Shown one piece after another: positions 63,251 to 64,000 of a stretch of DNA of 64,000 nt (positions within the stretch are counted from its first letter, which is position 1; each line of letters opens with the position of its first letter). The notes beneath the pieces are model-generated. The model was given only the letters and a program-made list of their open reading frames with translations, searched no databases and was not told where the DNA came from. Both the position numbers and the translations under genes were made by a program. The stretch is from positions 9,424,001-9,488,000 of the forward strand of contig OZ059899.1 in NCBI GenBank assembly GCA_964057225.1. The letters are read 5' to 3'. Origin of the DNA: Auanema rhodensis (lineage: Eukaryota; Animalia; Nematoda).

Positions 63251-64000
63251 TAAATTTTTTTCATTTCACTTGTCATTCATAAAAATCGAAATTATTTTTT
63301 TCAATGATTTTTTTTTGCAATGTGTCATAAGAATTACACAGTTGAACAAAACGTTTTTTAAGAATTTTCTTTGTTGTCAACATATATATTTTCCTGAAAT
63401 TCGAAAGCATTTGGGATGGAAATTAGAAAGAAAAGAACTAGTTTTTCCTAATTTAAAACAAACAATAAGAAATAAAATGAAAAAGATTGTTAGATATCCA
63501 ATTTAAACTTATACATTTACTTCGATAAAGAGCCTATTAGATTGAAATTTTATGTCTTACAGTTTTCCAACAGAACAGACTGATCCTGATTTCTCTATGA
63601 TTACATAAAACTCCCGTTTGATATAAAAAAAGGAGAGGAATAACGTTTCCAGGATGTCAAGGATATCGAATCTAGTGATATTGTAGAAAAATGTAATGTC
63701 AGCTCCATAGGTTTTCTCCTAATTTCTCTCATCACAATTGTCTTAGTTTTTTTCTCATAAGAGTTTCTGAAATCTTAGGTGAACAAGGCCGTATAAAATT
63801 TCCTGTAATTCGAAAGCATTTGGGATGGAATTTAGAAAGAAAAGAACTAGTTTTTCCTACTTTAAAACAAACAATAAGAAATAAAATGAAAAAGATTGTT
63901 AGATATCCAATTTAAACTTATACATTTACTTCGATGAAGAGCCTGTTAGTTTGAAATTTTATGTCTTACAGTTCTCCAACAGAACAGACTGATCCTGATT

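Larger units (their letters stand above)
3127..64000 (+). repeat. Tandem tRNA-Arg(ACG) gene array / satellite: ~610 bp tRNA-bearing units (62) mixed with ~409 bp tRNA-deleted units (~56)
   Basis: All tRNA-to-tRNA spacings equal ~610 + n x ~409 bp (608-611, 1018-1021, 1428-1429, 1838-1839, 2247). Units are near-identical and all in one orientation. The array continues past the window end. Confidence 0.98.

Noticed and set aside
4010-63506. 62 repeated 104-aa/63-aa ORFs (MDNASAYGAEDCRFESCRGR... / MQCVIR...)
   Set aside because: The ATG is nt 15-17 of the tRNA D-loop and the frame crosses the Pol III terminator. Many copies are frameshifted or stopped, and the peptide is F/K/I-rich as expected from AT-rich DNA.
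3127-64000. CRISPR array or integron-like cassette array beside an RT/integrase gene
   Set aside because: There are no unique spacers or cassettes; whole 409/610-bp units repeat. The enzyme is a eukaryotic Gypsy Pol, not Cas1 or a tyrosine recombinase.
3127-64000. Whole array as an assembly artefact
   Set aside because: Units carry structured, regionally restricted variants and recombinants, which simple artefactual duplication would not produce. Exact copy number still needs read validation.

Overview
AT-rich eukaryotic DNA, probably from a nematode (inferred from the tRNA sequence as I recall it; not verified by search). The window has two parts. (1) 1-3126 is the 3' portion of a Ty3/Gypsy LTR retrotransposon. 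It has an uninterrupted pol frame (RT C-terminus, RNase H, HHCC/DD35E/GPY integrase) that runs in from outside the window, a ~600 bp trailer, a PPT and a ~381 bp 3' LTR. The LTR abuts the array mid-unit. (2) 3127-64000, open at the right edge, is a head-to-tail array built from two related units. The ~610 bp unit carries one intron-less tRNA-Arg(ACG) gene (62 copies). The ~409 bp unit (about 56 copies) lost the tRNA through one shared 200 bp deletion that leaves only its first 5 nt. The units form nested higher-order repeats of about 1.0, 1.8, 2.0, 2.8, 3.1, 3.3, 4.1, 5.5 and 5.9 kb. Several mutant tRNA alleles are locally amplified, and tRNA-less units dominate the last 18 kb. The repeated 63/104-aa ORFs are artefacts of reading through the tRNA and spacer.
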